Positions 9,615-19,753 of a stretch of DNA of 64,000 nt are shown here, one piece after another. Below the pieces are notes generated by a model. It did no database searches. It saw only the letters and a list, made by a program, of their open reading frames with translations, and was not told where the DNA came from. Each line of letters opens with the position of its first letter. The stretch's first letter is position 1. The position numbers and the translations under genes were made by a program. This DNA comes from an uncultured Ignavibacteriaceae bacterium (lineage in GTDB: Bacteria > Bacteroidota > Ignavibacteria > UBA10030), in assembly GCA_964480945.1 (NCBI GenBank), contig CAYZRX010000002.1, positions 5,009 through 69,008 on the forward strand, given 5' to 3'.

Positions 9615-10150
9615 GACCGAGTCCGCTTCCCGTCCTTCTGGTTTTGCTTTGGACGCTCGCGTTCGGTTGTGAGGAAAAGATCAAGCCGACGGTTCTGCCG
9701 GGCCTCGACAGCAAGACACTGCCGCAGCAAGAGAGCTGGAACAGTTCCGTCGTTCTTTCCGACTCCGGAAGGACGAAGGCGGTGATCTATGCGGGGCGCA
9801 TCCGGGAGTTTGAGAGCCCGCGCGAGACATTGCTGGATCAGAACATCACGGTCCATTTCTATGGGGAGGATGGGAACGAGACTTCCGTGCTCACTGCCCG
9901 CGAGGGCAAAGTCGACGAAATGACGAACAACCTCGAGGCGTCGGGGGATGTTGTCGTCGTCTCGAACGACAGCACCCGCCTGCACACGGAGAAGCTCTAC
10001 TGGGACAACAAGCGGCAGCGTGTGCACACTCCGGACTACGTCCTCATTGTTTCCCCCAAGGAGAGGGTGGAGGGAAAAGGGCTTGAGTCGGATCAACAGC
10101 TTCGCAACTATCGCATCTTCAGAGTGACGGGGGAGTCGAGGGCGGACTGA
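9611..10150 (+). CDS. lptC: LPS export system protein LptC-like (lipoprotein-anchored)
   Basis: Position between kdsD and lptA/lptB. Size 179 aa. Lipobox LAFGC. OstA-fold-like beta-rich sequence. GTG start overlapping the kdsD stop by 4 nt. Confidence 0.55.
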   Translation: MRPSPLPVLLVLLWTLAFGCEEKIKPTVLPGLDSKTLPQQESWNSSVVLSDSGRTKAVIYAGRIREFESPRETLLDQNITVHFYGEDGNETSVLTAREGKVDEMTNNLEASGDVVVVSNDSTRLHTEKLYWDNKRQRVHTPDYVLIVSPKERVEGKGLESDQQLRNYRIFRVTGESRAD

Positions 10151-10176
10151 TCTCGTTAGCAACGTGAACGCCATCC

Positions 10177-11451
10177 ATGAAGAGTCTGAGTATTGCCATC
10201 CTCGGTATGCTCGCTGCAAGCGTTGTGCAAGCGCAGGGAAACAGGTTGATTGAGGTGAAGTCTGCCGACGTTTTGAACGTCCGCTTCATCGGTGGTCAGG
10301 AGGTGCGGGAGTTGATCGGGCATGTTCACGTCATTCAATCGTCGCCGGGAGAAGTGGTGAAGATCTGGTGTGATTCAGCCCTTCGGTACATGGAGACGAA
10401 CAAGATCGAATTGTTCGGGGACGTGAAGCTCGTGCGTGACAGCGTGACGTTGTTGTCCGACGAGGGGGTCTACTACGGGAATGAGCGCAGGGCGGAGATG
10501 TTGAAAGGGGTCCGGTTGACGAGGGGAGAGTCGATCCTGACGTCAAGATCCGGTGAGTACTTCGTCGAGGAGAAGCGAGCGCACTTCAGGGGCGATGTGC
10601 ACGTCGTCGACTCGACTTCCTCGACTTGGTCCGATGCACTGACCTATTTCGAGACCGACGAGAAGTCGATCGCGGTCGGGAATGTGCGGGTCTACAATCC
10701 CGAGAACAGCCTCACGGTCTTCGGCGACTCCCTCATCCACTTTGAGAAACTCCGCTACACGCTCGTTCCGCGCCATCCGACGATGGTGCAGGTCGATACC
10801 TCGTCGAGCGGTGCACTTGACACGATGGTGGTCGTCAGCGAGGTGATGGAGACCTATCAGGACAGCGTGCCGCGATTCGTCGCGCGGGGCAAGGTCGCCA
10901 TGGTGAGAACCGACCTGGCTGCCGTCTGCAAGGAAGCGACCTATCTGCTGAAGCGTGACCGCATCGTGTTGCGCGGCGAGCCGGTGGTCTGGCACGCGGA
11001 GAACCAGCTCAGCGGAGATTCCGTCGTCATCACCACGGCGGACCGCAAGCTTCAGAGCGTCTACGTCAGCGGCAGAGCCGTGGCGATCTCGAGGGCGGAT
11101 TCGCTCTTGAAGCAGCGATACGATCAACTGACCGCGCGGGAGATCACGATGTTTTTTGCCGGCGGCAAGATCGGACACATTGATGCCGAGCGGACCGCAA
11201 CGAGCCTGTACTATTTGTTTGACGAAGGCGAGCCGAACGGCGCGAACAGGTCCAGCGGTGATCGCATCGTCATGGAGTTTCAGGATGGGAAGATGGACCA
11301 GATCAGGATCATCGGAGGGGTGGAAGGGAAATACTTCCCTGAGGCGATGATCGCAGGACGGGAGCCGGAGTACAATTTGGACGGTTTTCGATGGATCACC
11401 AGTCGCCCCAAGCGACAGCATCTTCAGATCGTGAACGCACAGTATGAGTGA
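10177..11451 (+). CDS. lptA: OstA/LptA-family periplasmic LPS transport protein (extended, 424 aa)
   Basis: Signal peptide MKSLSIAILGMLAASVVQAQG. Repeated OstA_N-like beta-jellyroll segments (VKLVRDSVTL..., GDVHVVDS..., GNVRVYNP...). Located immediately upstream of lptB. Confidence 0.55.
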   Translation: MKSLSIAILGMLAASVVQAQGNRLIEVKSADVLNVRFIGGQEVRELIGHVHVIQSSPGEVVKIWCDSALRYMETNKIELFGDVKLVRDSVTLLSDEGVYYGNERRAEMLKGVRLTRGESILTSRSGEYFVEEKRAHFRGDVHVVDSTSSTWSDALTYFETDEKSIAVGNVRVYNPENSLTVFGDSLIHFEKLRYTLVPRHPTMVQVDTSSSGALDTMVVVSEVMETYQDSVPRFVARGKVAMVRTDLAAVCKEATYLLKRDRIVLRGEPVVWHAENQLSGDSVVITTADRKLQSVYVSGRAVAISRADSLLKQRYDQLTAREITMFFAGGKIGHIDAERTATSLYYLFDEGEPNGANRSSGDRIVMEFQDGKMDQIRIIGGVEGKYFPEAMIAGREPEYNLDGFRWITSRPKRQHLQIVNAQYE

Positions 11452-12253
11452 TATGAACGTGAACGAACAACAACAGCCTGTGGTTCGGGTCTCGCCGGAA
11501 GCGACGCCTCCGAATGGCGAGACGCTTCTTCGGTCCGACGGGCTGGTGAAGCGCTATAAGAAGCGGACGGTCGTCAACCAGGTGACAATCCAAGTGCGGC
11601 AAGGGGAGATCGTCGGTCTCCTGGGCCCGAACGGTGCCGGAAAGACCACCACGTTCTACATGATCGTCGGGATGATCCGGCCCAACGCGGGCAGGGTCTT
11701 CATGGATGGGGTCGAGGTCACCGCCCTCCCGATGTACGAGCGGGCCCGGATGGGAATCGGATACCTTCCGCAAGAGGCGTCCGTGTTTCGCCGCCTGACC
11801 GTCCGTGAGAACCTCCTCGCCGTTCTCGAGCTCAGCCGTCTTCCGAAGAAGGAGCAGGAGGAAAAATGCGACAGGTTGCTTGAGGACTTCGGCCTGACGC
11901 ATCTCGTGAAGAACAAAGGCTATGAGCTCTCCGGGGGAGAGCGACGGAGGACGGAGATCGCCCGCTCTCTCGCTTTGGATCCGAAGTTCATGCTGCTCGA
12001 CGAACCGTTCGCCGGGATCGATCCGATAGCCGTCGAAGACATCATGCGAATCGTCTCGAAACTCAAGGAGAAGAACATCGGCGTGCTCGTGACCGATCAC
12101 AATGTGCACGAGACCCTCTCGATCACCGATCGCTCGTACCTGCTCTTCGAGGGCAAGATCCTGAAATCCGGCACGGCAGAATACCTCGCGAACGATCCGG
12201 AGACCAGAAAGCTTTACCTGGGCGAGAAGTTCAAGCTGGATCGCTATCAGTAA
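11444..12253 (+). CDS. lptB: LPS export ABC transporter ATP-binding protein
   Basis: Walker A GPNGAGKTT. Signature LSGGERRRTEIAR. Walker B FMLLDEPFAGIDP. 269 aa. Confidence 0.85.
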   Translation: MSDMNVNEQQQPVVRVSPEATPPNGETLLRSDGLVKRYKKRTVVNQVTIQVRQGEIVGLLGPNGAGKTTTFYMIVGMIRPNAGRVFMDGVEVTALPMYERARMGIGYLPQEASVFRRLTVRENLLAVLELSRLPKKEQEEKCDRLLEDFGLTHLVKNKGYELSGGERRRTEIARSLALDPKFMLLDEPFAGIDPIAVEDIMRIVSKLKEKNIGVLVTDHNVHETLSITDRSYLLFEGKILKSGTAEYLANDPETRKLYLGEKFKLDRYQ

Positions 12254-12292
12254 ATCGTCTTACGTTTCACTTCTCACATTCTCATTTTCTCT

Positions 12293-13309
12293 ATGGTCGT
12301 CGTAACGGAACCCGGCGCATCCGAAAAACAGATTGAAGAAATTATCCGTGCGCTGCACGAGCATGGGTTCGATGTGCACCGCTCCACGGGCATGCAACAA
12401 ACAGTGCTGGGCGCGATCGGCGTCCAACCTGAGTTCGACCATCGCCAGATCGAGCTGTTGCCGGGGGTGGCCGAAGTCCTCCGCATTACGGAGCCGTATA
12501 AGCTTGCCAGCAGGACGTTCAAGCGTGAGGGCTCGGTCTTCGACGTCGGTGGAATAAAGATCGGGGGGGATGATGTGGTGGTGATGGCGGGCCCATGTTC
12601 GGTCGAAAGCGAACGACAGGTTCTCGCGGTGGCGGAGAGCGTGATGAAGTCCGGCGCGAAGATCCTGCGGGGTGGGGCGTTCAAGCCGCGGACATCGCCC
12701 TATTCTTTTCAGGGCCTTGGTGAAGAGGGGCTGAGGTTTCTTCGAGCGGCGGCGGACGAATACAAACTTAAGGTGATCACCGAGGTCATGGACAAGAGCC
12801 AGATCGATCTCGTCGAGAAGTATGCTGATATCCTCCAGATCGGCGCTCGGAATATGCAAAACTTCACGTTCCTTAAGGATCTGGGCAAGGCGTCGAAGCC
12901 TATCATGCTGAAGCGCGGCCAGGCGGCCACCATTGAGGAATGGCTGATGTCGGCTGAATACATCCTCGCCGGCGGGAACCATCAAGTGATCCTCTGCGAG
13001 CGAGGAATCCGGACGTTCGAGACAGCCACGCGCAATACCATGGACGTCGGGGCCATTCCCGTCATCAAGAAGAAAAGTCACCTGCCGATCGTTGCCGATC
13101 CGTCTCACGGTATCGGTATCCGAGACAAGGTGATCCCGATGGCGCGGGCGTGCGTTGCTGCCGGGGCGGATGGCATCATGGTCGAAGTCCACAACGATCC
13201 GGATCACGCCAGGTCTGACGGCGCGCAATCTCTTTTCCCGGAGCAATTTGCGCAACTCATGAAGGAAGTCCGCATCATCGCTGAAGCGATCGGCCGCAAG
13301 GTCGCGTAG
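12293..13309 (+). CDS. 3-deoxy-7-phosphoheptulonate (DAHP) synthase, type Ibeta with N-terminal ferredoxin-like regulatory domain
   Basis: KdsA/DAHPS Ibeta core ([32 protein letters not shown]) preceded by a ~70-aa N-terminal domain. 338 aa, like the Thermotoga-type enzyme. Confidence 0.85.
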   Translation: MVVVTEPGASEKQIEEIIRALHEHGFDVHRSTGMQQTVLGAIGVQPEFDHRQIELLPGVAEVLRITEPYKLASRTFKREGSVFDVGGIKIGGDDVVVMAGPCSVESERQVLAVAESVMKSGAKILRGGAFKPRTSPYSFQGLGEEGLRFLRAAADEYKLKVITEVMDKSQIDLVEKYADILQIGARNMQNFTFLKDLGKASKPIMLKRGQAATIEEWLMSAEYILAGGNHQVILCERGIRTFETATRNTMDVGAIPVIKKKSHLPIVADPSHGIGIRDKVIPMARACVAAGADGIMVEVHNDPDHARSDGAQSLFPEQFAQLMKEVRIIAEAIGRKVA

Positions 13310-13473
13310 TCGAACCAACCTGATCGACGGCTCGCAACCATCACCTGGGCTGAGCCCTGACATTCATCGAAGGAGATCGTATCCGAGCCGGACCGTGGCC
13401 TCTTCGGCCAACGACCGGCGTGCCGCTCAACAGGAGTTCTTCGGGTGGGTCTTCTTGAGTTCACGTATCTGCG

Positions 13474-14574
13474 ATGGCATCGAACTCATTCAAGCGCATC
13501 ACGATCATCGGCGTCGGCCTTATCGGCGGCTCGCTCGGACTGGCGATCAAAAAGCACTTTCCCGTTGCTCATGTCGTCGGCGTGGATCGCAAAGGTGTGC
13601 TCAAACGCGCTCTTGAGCGAGGGGCGATCGACATGGCCGAGACAAGTGTCGCTCACGCCGTCCAGGATGCCGACCTCGTGTTCCTCGCGACCCCGCTTTC
13701 TGTCATCGTGCGCCACCTGCCGATCCTCGCGAGATCCTGTAAACCCAGCACTGTCGTCTCAGACGTCGGGAGCGTGAAGCTGCAGGTCGCGCGTCGTGCA
13801 GCGAAGCAATTCCCTCACGGAAATTTCATCGGCGGTCACCCGATGGCCGGCGTCGAGCTGTCAGGGATCGAAGCTGCCCATCCCCTGCTTTTCGAGAATG
13901 CGATCTACGTCCTCGCGCCGACAACGTTGAATCCCCGCCCGCTCGTAAGACGATTGGGCAACTTTCTGGGAGAGCTCGGGGCGCGGGTCGTCCTGCTTGA
14001 CCCAAAGACGCATGATGAGGTTGCGTCGGCAGTCAGCCATCTCCCTCAGCTCGCCGCCGTGGCGCTTATGAATGTGGTAGGGCAACGCCACGGGACCGCC
14101 CGGAACTATCTTCGGCTCGCCGCGGGTGGATTCCGCGATATCACTCGTGTCGCTTCGAGCCGCTCGGATATCTGGAAGGACATCCTGGCCATCAACACGG
14201 GGGAGATTCAAAAATCACTGAGACTCCTGATTCGCGAGCTGGGTTTCTACTCTCGTCTTCTGCAGAAACAGTCGAAGTCACGCTTGATCTCTGAATTCGT
14301 TCATGCTCGTCGCCTCAGAAGCCGGATCCCGAAGACCATGAAAGGTTTCCTGCATCCTCTTGCCGAGGTGTACGTGTTCGTCCATGACAAGCCGGGGGCG
14401 CTGGCGAGATTGGCCACCGCCCTGGCGAGGGAGAAGGTCAACATCAAGGACATCGAACTGATGAAAGTCCGGGAGGGGAGCGGAGGCACGTTCAAGCTGG
14501 CGTTCGATTCGGCACAGATATCCAAACGCGCGGAGCGTATCTTGAAGAAAGCGGGGTTTGAAATTGGCGGATAG
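13474..14574 (+). CDS. tyrA: prephenate/arogenate dehydrogenase with C-terminal ACT domain
   Basis: Rossmann IIGVGLIGGS. TyrA motif GGHPMAG. C-terminal ACT-like VYVFVHDKPGALARLATALAREKVNI. Confidence 0.8.
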   Translation: MASNSFKRITIIGVGLIGGSLGLAIKKHFPVAHVVGVDRKGVLKRALERGAIDMAETSVAHAVQDADLVFLATPLSVIVRHLPILARSCKPSTVVSDVGSVKLQVARRAAKQFPHGNFIGGHPMAGVELSGIEAAHPLLFENAIYVLAPTTLNPRPLVRRLGNFLGELGARVVLLDPKTHDEVASAVSHLPQLAAVALMNVVGQRHGTARNYLRLAAGGFRDITRVASSRSDIWKDILAINTGEIQKSLRLLIRELGFYSRLLQKQSKSRLISEFVHARRLRSRIPKTMKGFLHPLAEVYVFVHDKPGALARLATALAREKVNIKDIELMKVREGSGGTFKLAFDSAQISKRAERILKKAGFEIGG

Positions 14575-14778
14575 GGGAGTGATCCATTTCTTTGCGCGAG
14601 AGGACTTGATCTCGTCGGTCTATTTTCATTTATTGGAACATGAGATTTCAAGGTTGGGAATTGTTGAGTTCGAATTACGGGATGTCACGGCAAACCATCC
14701 AAGTTCTATGGCATACATCTTGACGAGCGATGTCATCATCCAACGTGGCACGAAAAGAAAAAGGAGGTTGGTCCTACC

Positions 14779-15996
14779 ATGACCGTTAGCCAGCTTGCGA
14801 AATCAATTGCTGAATCGCCGACGCTGAAGCTGAACGAGGAGGCGAGGCTTCTGCGAGAGAAAGGCGAAGCAGTGGTCCACCTTGGCGCGGGTGAGCCGAA
14901 GAACAAGGCCCCCATCGCAGCGATCCTCAGCTCGGCCGCGAAACTGAACACAGGCGACATCAAGTACACTCCGACGGACGGCATCCCGTCTCTGAAGAAG
15001 GCGATCATCAAGTACACGGAGGAGAACTACGACAGGGTGGTGGCACCCGAGAACGTCATCGTCTCCGGAGGCGCCAAACAATCCGTCTTCAACGTCCTCT
15101 ACTCCATCATCAACCCGCAGGACGAGGTGATCATCCTCGCGCCCTACTGGGTCAGCTATCCGGAGATGGTCAAGATGGTGTACGGCGTACCGGTGATCGT
15201 GAGGCCGGAGGATGGCAGTTTCTATCCGCGCATGGAAGACATCCTCAAAGCGGTAAGCTCCTACACGAAAGCCATCATCGTCAACAGCCCGAACAACCCC
15301 TCGGGTGTTATGTACCCGGAGCAGTTCATCGCGGAGATTGTGGAGTATTGTGAGAAGAAGGGCATCTATGTGATCATGGATGATATCTACCACAAGCTCG
15401 TGTTCGACGGAAAGGCGTGGCCGTCGCCCTACAAGTTCACAAAGAAAGACGTCGAATCAACACATGTCATCGTCGTCAACGGGGTGTCGAAGCTCTACGG
15501 GATGACGGGCTTCAGGATCGGCTGGGCGATCTCGAACAGAAACCTCGTGACCATTATGTCCAATGTGCAGGGACAGATCACCTCGTGCACATCGGTGATC
15601 CTGCAAGCGGCCGCGGAAGGGGCGCTGACGGGACTCCAGAGTGTGATCGAGAGCCTCAGGCTGACACTCGAGAACAATCGGAACGTGATGATGCAGGAGC
15701 TGAATTCCTTTAGTGGAGTCAAGACGGTGAAGCCCGACGGGACGTACTACTGCCTGCCCGACTTCCGGGCGTACTCCAACGATTCCGTCAAGCTCTCCGA
15801 GCTTCTCTTGAAGAAAGCGCTCGTTGTGGCAGTCCCGGGGAAAGAGTTCGGCATGGAGGGACACCTCCGCCTGAGCTATGCAGGCTCCATCAAGGACATC
15901 ACCGAGGGTGTCGAGAGGATCAAGTGGGCGCTGGATCCGAGCTCACCGAATGAAATCTACATCGGCGACCGTAAACTTGTGAGGGACTGGCTATGA
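14779..15996 (+). CDS. class I/II PLP-dependent aminotransferase (aspartate/aromatic type)
   Basis: NGVSKLYGMTGFRIGW carries the PLP-lysine SK motif. PYWVSYP motif is shared with the downstream paralog. AGEP N-terminal motif. Strong AAGGAGG RBS. Confidence 0.8.
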   Translation: MTVSQLAKSIAESPTLKLNEEARLLREKGEAVVHLGAGEPKNKAPIAAILSSAAKLNTGDIKYTPTDGIPSLKKAIIKYTEENYDRVVAPENVIVSGGAKQSVFNVLYSIINPQDEVIILAPYWVSYPEMVKMVYGVPVIVRPEDGSFYPRMEDILKAVSSYTKAIIVNSPNNPSGVMYPEQFIAEIVEYCEKKGIYVIMDDIYHKLVFDGKAWPSPYKFTKKDVESTHVIVVNGVSKLYGMTGFRIGWAISNRNLVTIMSNVQGQITSCTSVILQAAAEGALTGLQSVIESLRLTLENNRNVMMQELNSFSGVKTVKPDGTYYCLPDFRAYSNDSVKLSELLLKKALVVAVPGKEFGMEGHLRLSYAGSIKDITEGVERIKWALDPSSPNEIYIGDRKLVRDWL

Positions 15997-17633
15997 ACAA
16001 CATCCTCGACATCAAGACCCCGGCGCAAGGCGAGGCCGCCGCTGTCAAGAGTGACTACGGACTCGCGAACCATGGCCTCACCAATTTGCGGATGGCGTAC
16101 TGGAACCTTCCCGTCGAAGCGCTCTATGAAGAGATATCGTTCAGACGAGAGGCCCGGATCTCTCAGATGGGCCCGCTGGTCGTGAACACGGGAAAGCACA
16201 GCGCCCGAGCGGCGAACGACAAGTTCATTGTGAGGGAGCCCACGACGGAAGAGAAGGTCTGGTGGGGGCAATACAACCGTCCCTTCAGTCCTGACAAGTT
16301 CAACGATCTGTTCAACCGGCTGCAAGGTTTCCTGCAAGGCCGCGATGTGTTCGTTCAGGACTGCTACGCGGGCGCCGATCCGAACTACCGCATGCCGATC
16401 CGGATCATCTGCGAGCTTGGGTGGCATGCGTTATTTGCCCGCAACATGTTCGTTCTGCCGCAGACGAACGAGGAGTACCGCCGGCACGTTCCGGACTTCA
16501 CGGTAATCGCTGTTCCCTCGTTCAAGGGGCTTCCCCAGATCGACGCGACGGCGACGGAGACGTTCATCGTGCTCAACTTCGCGCAGAAGCTTTGCATTAT
16601 CGGAAATACAGGCTACGGGGGCGAGATCAAGAAGTCTATCTTCACCGTCCTCAACTATCTCTTGCCGCTTGAGGGCGTGATGTCGATGCACGCATCCGCT
16701 AACGTCGGGAAGGAGGGTGACGCAGCCATCTTCTTCGGCCTGTCCGGGACCGGTAAGACGACGCTCTCGGCCGATCCGAAACGGGGACTGATCGGAGATG
16801 ATGAGCATGGTTGGAGCGACGATGGGGTCTTCAATTTCGAAGGCGGCTGTTATGCGAAGGTCATACGCCTCTCGCCGACGGCCGAGCCGGAGATCTACGC
16901 GACGACGAGGATGTTCGGGACAGTCCTTGAGAACGTCGTCTACGATCCCGTCACGCGGCATATCGATCTGGACGACGAATCTCTGACCGAGAATACGAGG
17001 GCTTCCTATCCACTCGAATACATCGGCAACGCTCTTCCCGAGAAGATGGCTGGCCACCCCAAGAATATCATCTTCCTCACGTGCGATGCGTCGGGGGTCA
17101 TGCCGCCGATTGCCAAGCTCAATCCCGACCAGGCGATGTACCAGTTCATCTCCGGCTACACGTCGAAGATCGCCGGCACGGAGGTCGGACTGGGCAAGGA
17201 ACCGGAGATGACGTTCAGCACGTGCTTCGGTGCTCCCTTCATGGTTCATCATCCATCTTTTTACGCGGATATCTTGAAGCGAAAGATTCTCAAATACGGC
17301 GTGAACTGCTGGCTTGTGAATACGGGGTGGATCGGCGGAGCGTTCGGGGTCGGCAAGAGGATCAGCATCGGTTACACCCGCAGGTTGCTGGATGCGGCGC
17401 TGACGGGGGAGCTGCTGAAGGTCCCGTACGGGACAGACCCCGTGTTTGGTTTCAGCGTGCCAAAATCCTGCGAGGGGGTGCCCGCAAACATCCTTGACCC
17501 CTCGGCCTCCTGGCCCAGCAAAGAAGTCTACATGCAAAAGTACAAGCAGCTCGCCGCCCGGTTCATCGAAAACTTCAAGAAGTTCGAATCGGGATGCCCG
17601 CCGGAAGTCATCAAGTCGGGACCGAAGTTCTGA
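15993..17633 (+). CDS. pckA: phosphoenolpyruvate carboxykinase (ATP)
   Basis: Kinase-1a motif FFGLSGTGKTTLS. PckA-specific IGDDEHGW. 546 aa. ATGA overlap with the upstream aminotransferase stop. Confidence 0.92.
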   Translation: MNNILDIKTPAQGEAAAVKSDYGLANHGLTNLRMAYWNLPVEALYEEISFRREARISQMGPLVVNTGKHSARAANDKFIVREPTTEEKVWWGQYNRPFSPDKFNDLFNRLQGFLQGRDVFVQDCYAGADPNYRMPIRIICELGWHALFARNMFVLPQTNEEYRRHVPDFTVIAVPSFKGLPQIDATATETFIVLNFAQKLCIIGNTGYGGEIKKSIFTVLNYLLPLEGVMSMHASANVGKEGDAAIFFGLSGTGKTTLSADPKRGLIGDDEHGWSDDGVFNFEGGCYAKVIRLSPTAEPEIYATTRMFGTVLENVVYDPVTRHIDLDDESLTENTRASYPLEYIGNALPEKMAGHPKNIIFLTCDASGVMPPIAKLNPDQAMYQFISGYTSKIAGTEVGLGKEPEMTFSTCFGAPFMVHHPSFYADILKRKILKYGVNCWLVNTGWIGGAFGVGKRISIGYTRRLLDAALTGELLKVPYGTDPVFGFSVPKSCEGVPANILDPSASWPSKEVYMQKYKQLAARFIENFKKFESGCPPEVIKSGPKF

Positions 17634-17640
17634 TTCGTGT

Positions 17641-17689
17641 AGAAGACCGTCACCTAATAAGATCGTGCAATGGTAGGTGACGGTCTTCT
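17641..17689. terminator. bidirectional intrinsic terminator hairpin between convergent pckA and the FmdB gene
   Basis: Perfect 15-bp inverted repeat AGAAGACCGTCACCT / AGGTGACGGTCTTCT with a 19-nt loop. Starts 8 nt after the pckA stop. Followed on the + strand by U-rich CTTATGCGTTAT. Confidence 0.55.
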
Positions 17690-17711
17690 CTTATGCGTTA
17701 TGAGATGTGTT

Positions 17712-17996
17712 CTACTTGTCGGTTTTTGTTGAGGTTGTAGAGTCGGGTTTCTTTGCGGATTTCGAGCTTGTCGACGCCGGCTTCGATGCGGATCCTTTCG
17801 AGGTCGGCGTTGTGTTCTTGTAATCGGTCTGGTAAAAGCCGCTTCCTTTGAAAATCATGCCTCCTCCGCCGCCGAGGAGCCGCCTCAACGAGGGCTGCCT
17901 GCACGAGGGGCACGTCACGAGCGGTTCCGCCGAGATCGGCTGAAACTCCTCAAACATATAGCCGCATTTCTTGCACTTGTAACCGTACGTCGGCAT
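17712..17996 (-). CDS. FmdB-family zinc-ribbon protein with Ser/Thr/Lys-rich C-terminal tail
   Basis: CKKCG...CPSC zinc ribbon. Conserved GSGFYQTDY. Low-complexity tail KGSASKPASTSSKSAKKPDSTTSTKTDK. Confidence 0.7.
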   Translation of the reverse strand: MPTYGYKCKKCGYMFEEFQPISAEPLVTCPSCRQPSLRRLLGGGGGMIFKGSGFYQTDYKNTTPTSKGSASKPASTSSKSAKKPDSTTSTKTDK

Positions 17997-18014
17997 ATCG
18001 ATCCTCTTATCTTC

Positions 18015-19208
18015 CTACTGCAGTTTCCTGAATCCCCGCTCCAGTCGTTCGGCGGCTCTCTCCAACTCGCTCATCGAGCACGCGTATGAAATCCGCACGT
18101 GGTCCCGAGAACCGAACCCGCTGCCCGGGACGACAACGACCTTCTCCTCGTCGAGCAGAAACTGTGCGATGTCGTCCCCCGACTTCATCACCTTTCCGGC
18201 GTGGGTTGCACCGAAATAGGAGCTGACGTTCGGGAACACATAGAATGCCCCGCAGGGGTGATGGCAAGTAATCCCCTTGATCGACGTGACAGCCGGGTAA
18301 ATGAAGTCGCGGCGCCTGCGGAATTCGGCGGCCATGGCTTTGAGCTCGTCCTCGGGCCCGGTCAACGCCGCGAGCGCAGCGTGTTGCGAGATCGAGGAGG
18401 CGTTTGACGTAACCTGACTCTGAACTTTCTCTGCGGCTGAGACGATGTCTTTTCCGGCGCCGAGAAAGCCGATGCGCCAGCCCGTCATCGAGTACGCTTT
18501 CGAAACGCCATTGACCGTGACGACGTGGTCTTTGACGGCCTCGATGGATCCCATACTGAAGTGCTTCGCGCCGTTGTAAATGACTTTCTCGTAAATTTCA
18601 TCCGCGATGACGTAGATGTCGGTTTCCTCAACGACACGCGCCAGTTCCTCGATCTCTTCCTGCGAGTAGACCGCCCCGGTCGGATTTGCCGGCGTGCAGA
18701 ACAGCAGGGCTTTCGTCTTTTTCGTGATGGCCTGCCGGAGTTGAGCGGCCGTCATCTTGAATCCATCCTCCTCAGCTGTCTGAACGAACACCGGCTTAGC
18801 ATCGACAAGCGCAACCATCTGAGGATAACTCACCCAGTAGGGAGAGGGGATGATGACCTCATCCCCCTTGTTGCAGATCGCTTTCAGGGTGTTGTACAGG
18901 GAATGCTTCGCGCCGTTCGAGACGAGGATCTGGGAGGAATCGAAATGGAGGCCATTGTCCCTGTTGAATTTCTCGGCGATGGCCTGCCGCAGCTCGGGGA
19001 TCCCCGCATTGTGGGTGTAGGTCGTGAAATTATCCTCGATCGCCTTCTTGGCCGCCTCTTTGATGTGGAACGGCGTGGGAAAGTCCGGCTCTCCGGCTGT
19101 CAGCGTCACAACGTCCACCCCCTCGGCGTGGAGCTTCCGAGCGAGTGCTGAGAGTGCGAGTGTCTGTGACGGTTCTGCTTTCGCAACCGAACGGGAGAGC
19201 GATTTCAC
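18015..19208 (-). CDS. aspartate aminotransferase (class I, subfamily Igamma-like)
   Basis: TAGEPDF. NGVSKAYSMTGWRIGF (PLP lysine). SPYWVSYP. 397 aa. Paralog of CDS 14779..15996. Confidence 0.85.
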   Translation of the reverse strand: MKSLSRSVAKAEPSQTLALSALARKLHAEGVDVVTLTAGEPDFPTPFHIKEAAKKAIEDNFTTYTHNAGIPELRQAIAEKFNRDNGLHFDSSQILVSNGAKHSLYNTLKAICNKGDEVIIPSPYWVSYPQMVALVDAKPVFVQTAEEDGFKMTAAQLRQAITKKTKALLFCTPANPTGAVYSQEEIEELARVVEETDIYVIADEIYEKVIYNGAKHFSMGSIEAVKDHVVTVNGVSKAYSMTGWRIGFLGAGKDIVSAAEKVQSQVTSNASSISQHAALAALTGPEDELKAMAAEFRRRRDFIYPAVTSIKGITCHHPCGAFYVFPNVSSYFGATHAGKVMKSGDDIAQFLLDEEKVVVVPGSGFGSRDHVRISYACSMSELERAAERLERGFRKLQ

Positions 19209-19224
19209 CGATTCTTGTGTCCTC

Positions 19225-19716
19225 TCACACCTTGCGCTGTCGATCCATCTTCTCTCTGAGCTTGCGATACACGTTTGCTGGGACGAAATCCTTCACATTC
19301 CCCTGGTGCCTCGCGATCTCCCGGACGATGCTCGAGTTCAGATAGGTGTACTTTTCATTCGGCATCAGGAAGACAGTCACCACGTGATGATTCAGGCGCC
19401 GGTTCATGAGCGCCATCTGCAACTCATACTCAAAGTCCGAAATGGCCCGGAGGCCCCGGACGATCGCCGTCGCCCGCTTCTTTCGAGCGTAGTCGACAAG
19501 CAAGCAGTCGAAGGAATCAACCTCGACCTGCTTGTAAGGGCGGACGGCTTCCTTGATCATTGCAAGGCGTTCCTCCTCAGTAAACAACGGCTGTTTGGCA
19601 GAGTTCCGTGCGATGGTAACGATGACCCTGTCGAATAACTTCATCGCACGCTCCAGAATGTCGAGGTGGCCGTTCGTGATCGGATCGAACGAGCCCGGAT
19701 AAATGGCGATTTTCAT
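19225..19716 (-). CDS. coaD: phosphopantetheine adenylyltransferase
   Basis: IAIYPGSFDPITNGHLDI (HxGH motif). ISDFEYE. 163 aa. Confidence 0.9.
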   Translation of the reverse strand: MKIAIYPGSFDPITNGHLDILERAMKLFDRVIVTIARNSAKQPLFTEEERLAMIKEAVRPYKQVEVDSFDCLLVDYARKKRATAIVRGLRAISDFEYELQMALMNRRLNHHVVTVFLMPNEKYTYLNSSIVREIARHQGNVKDFVPANVYRKLREKMDRQRKV

Positions 19717-19753
19717 TGGTATCCCTTCCTGCTATCTCTGTCTCGCTGAGACA

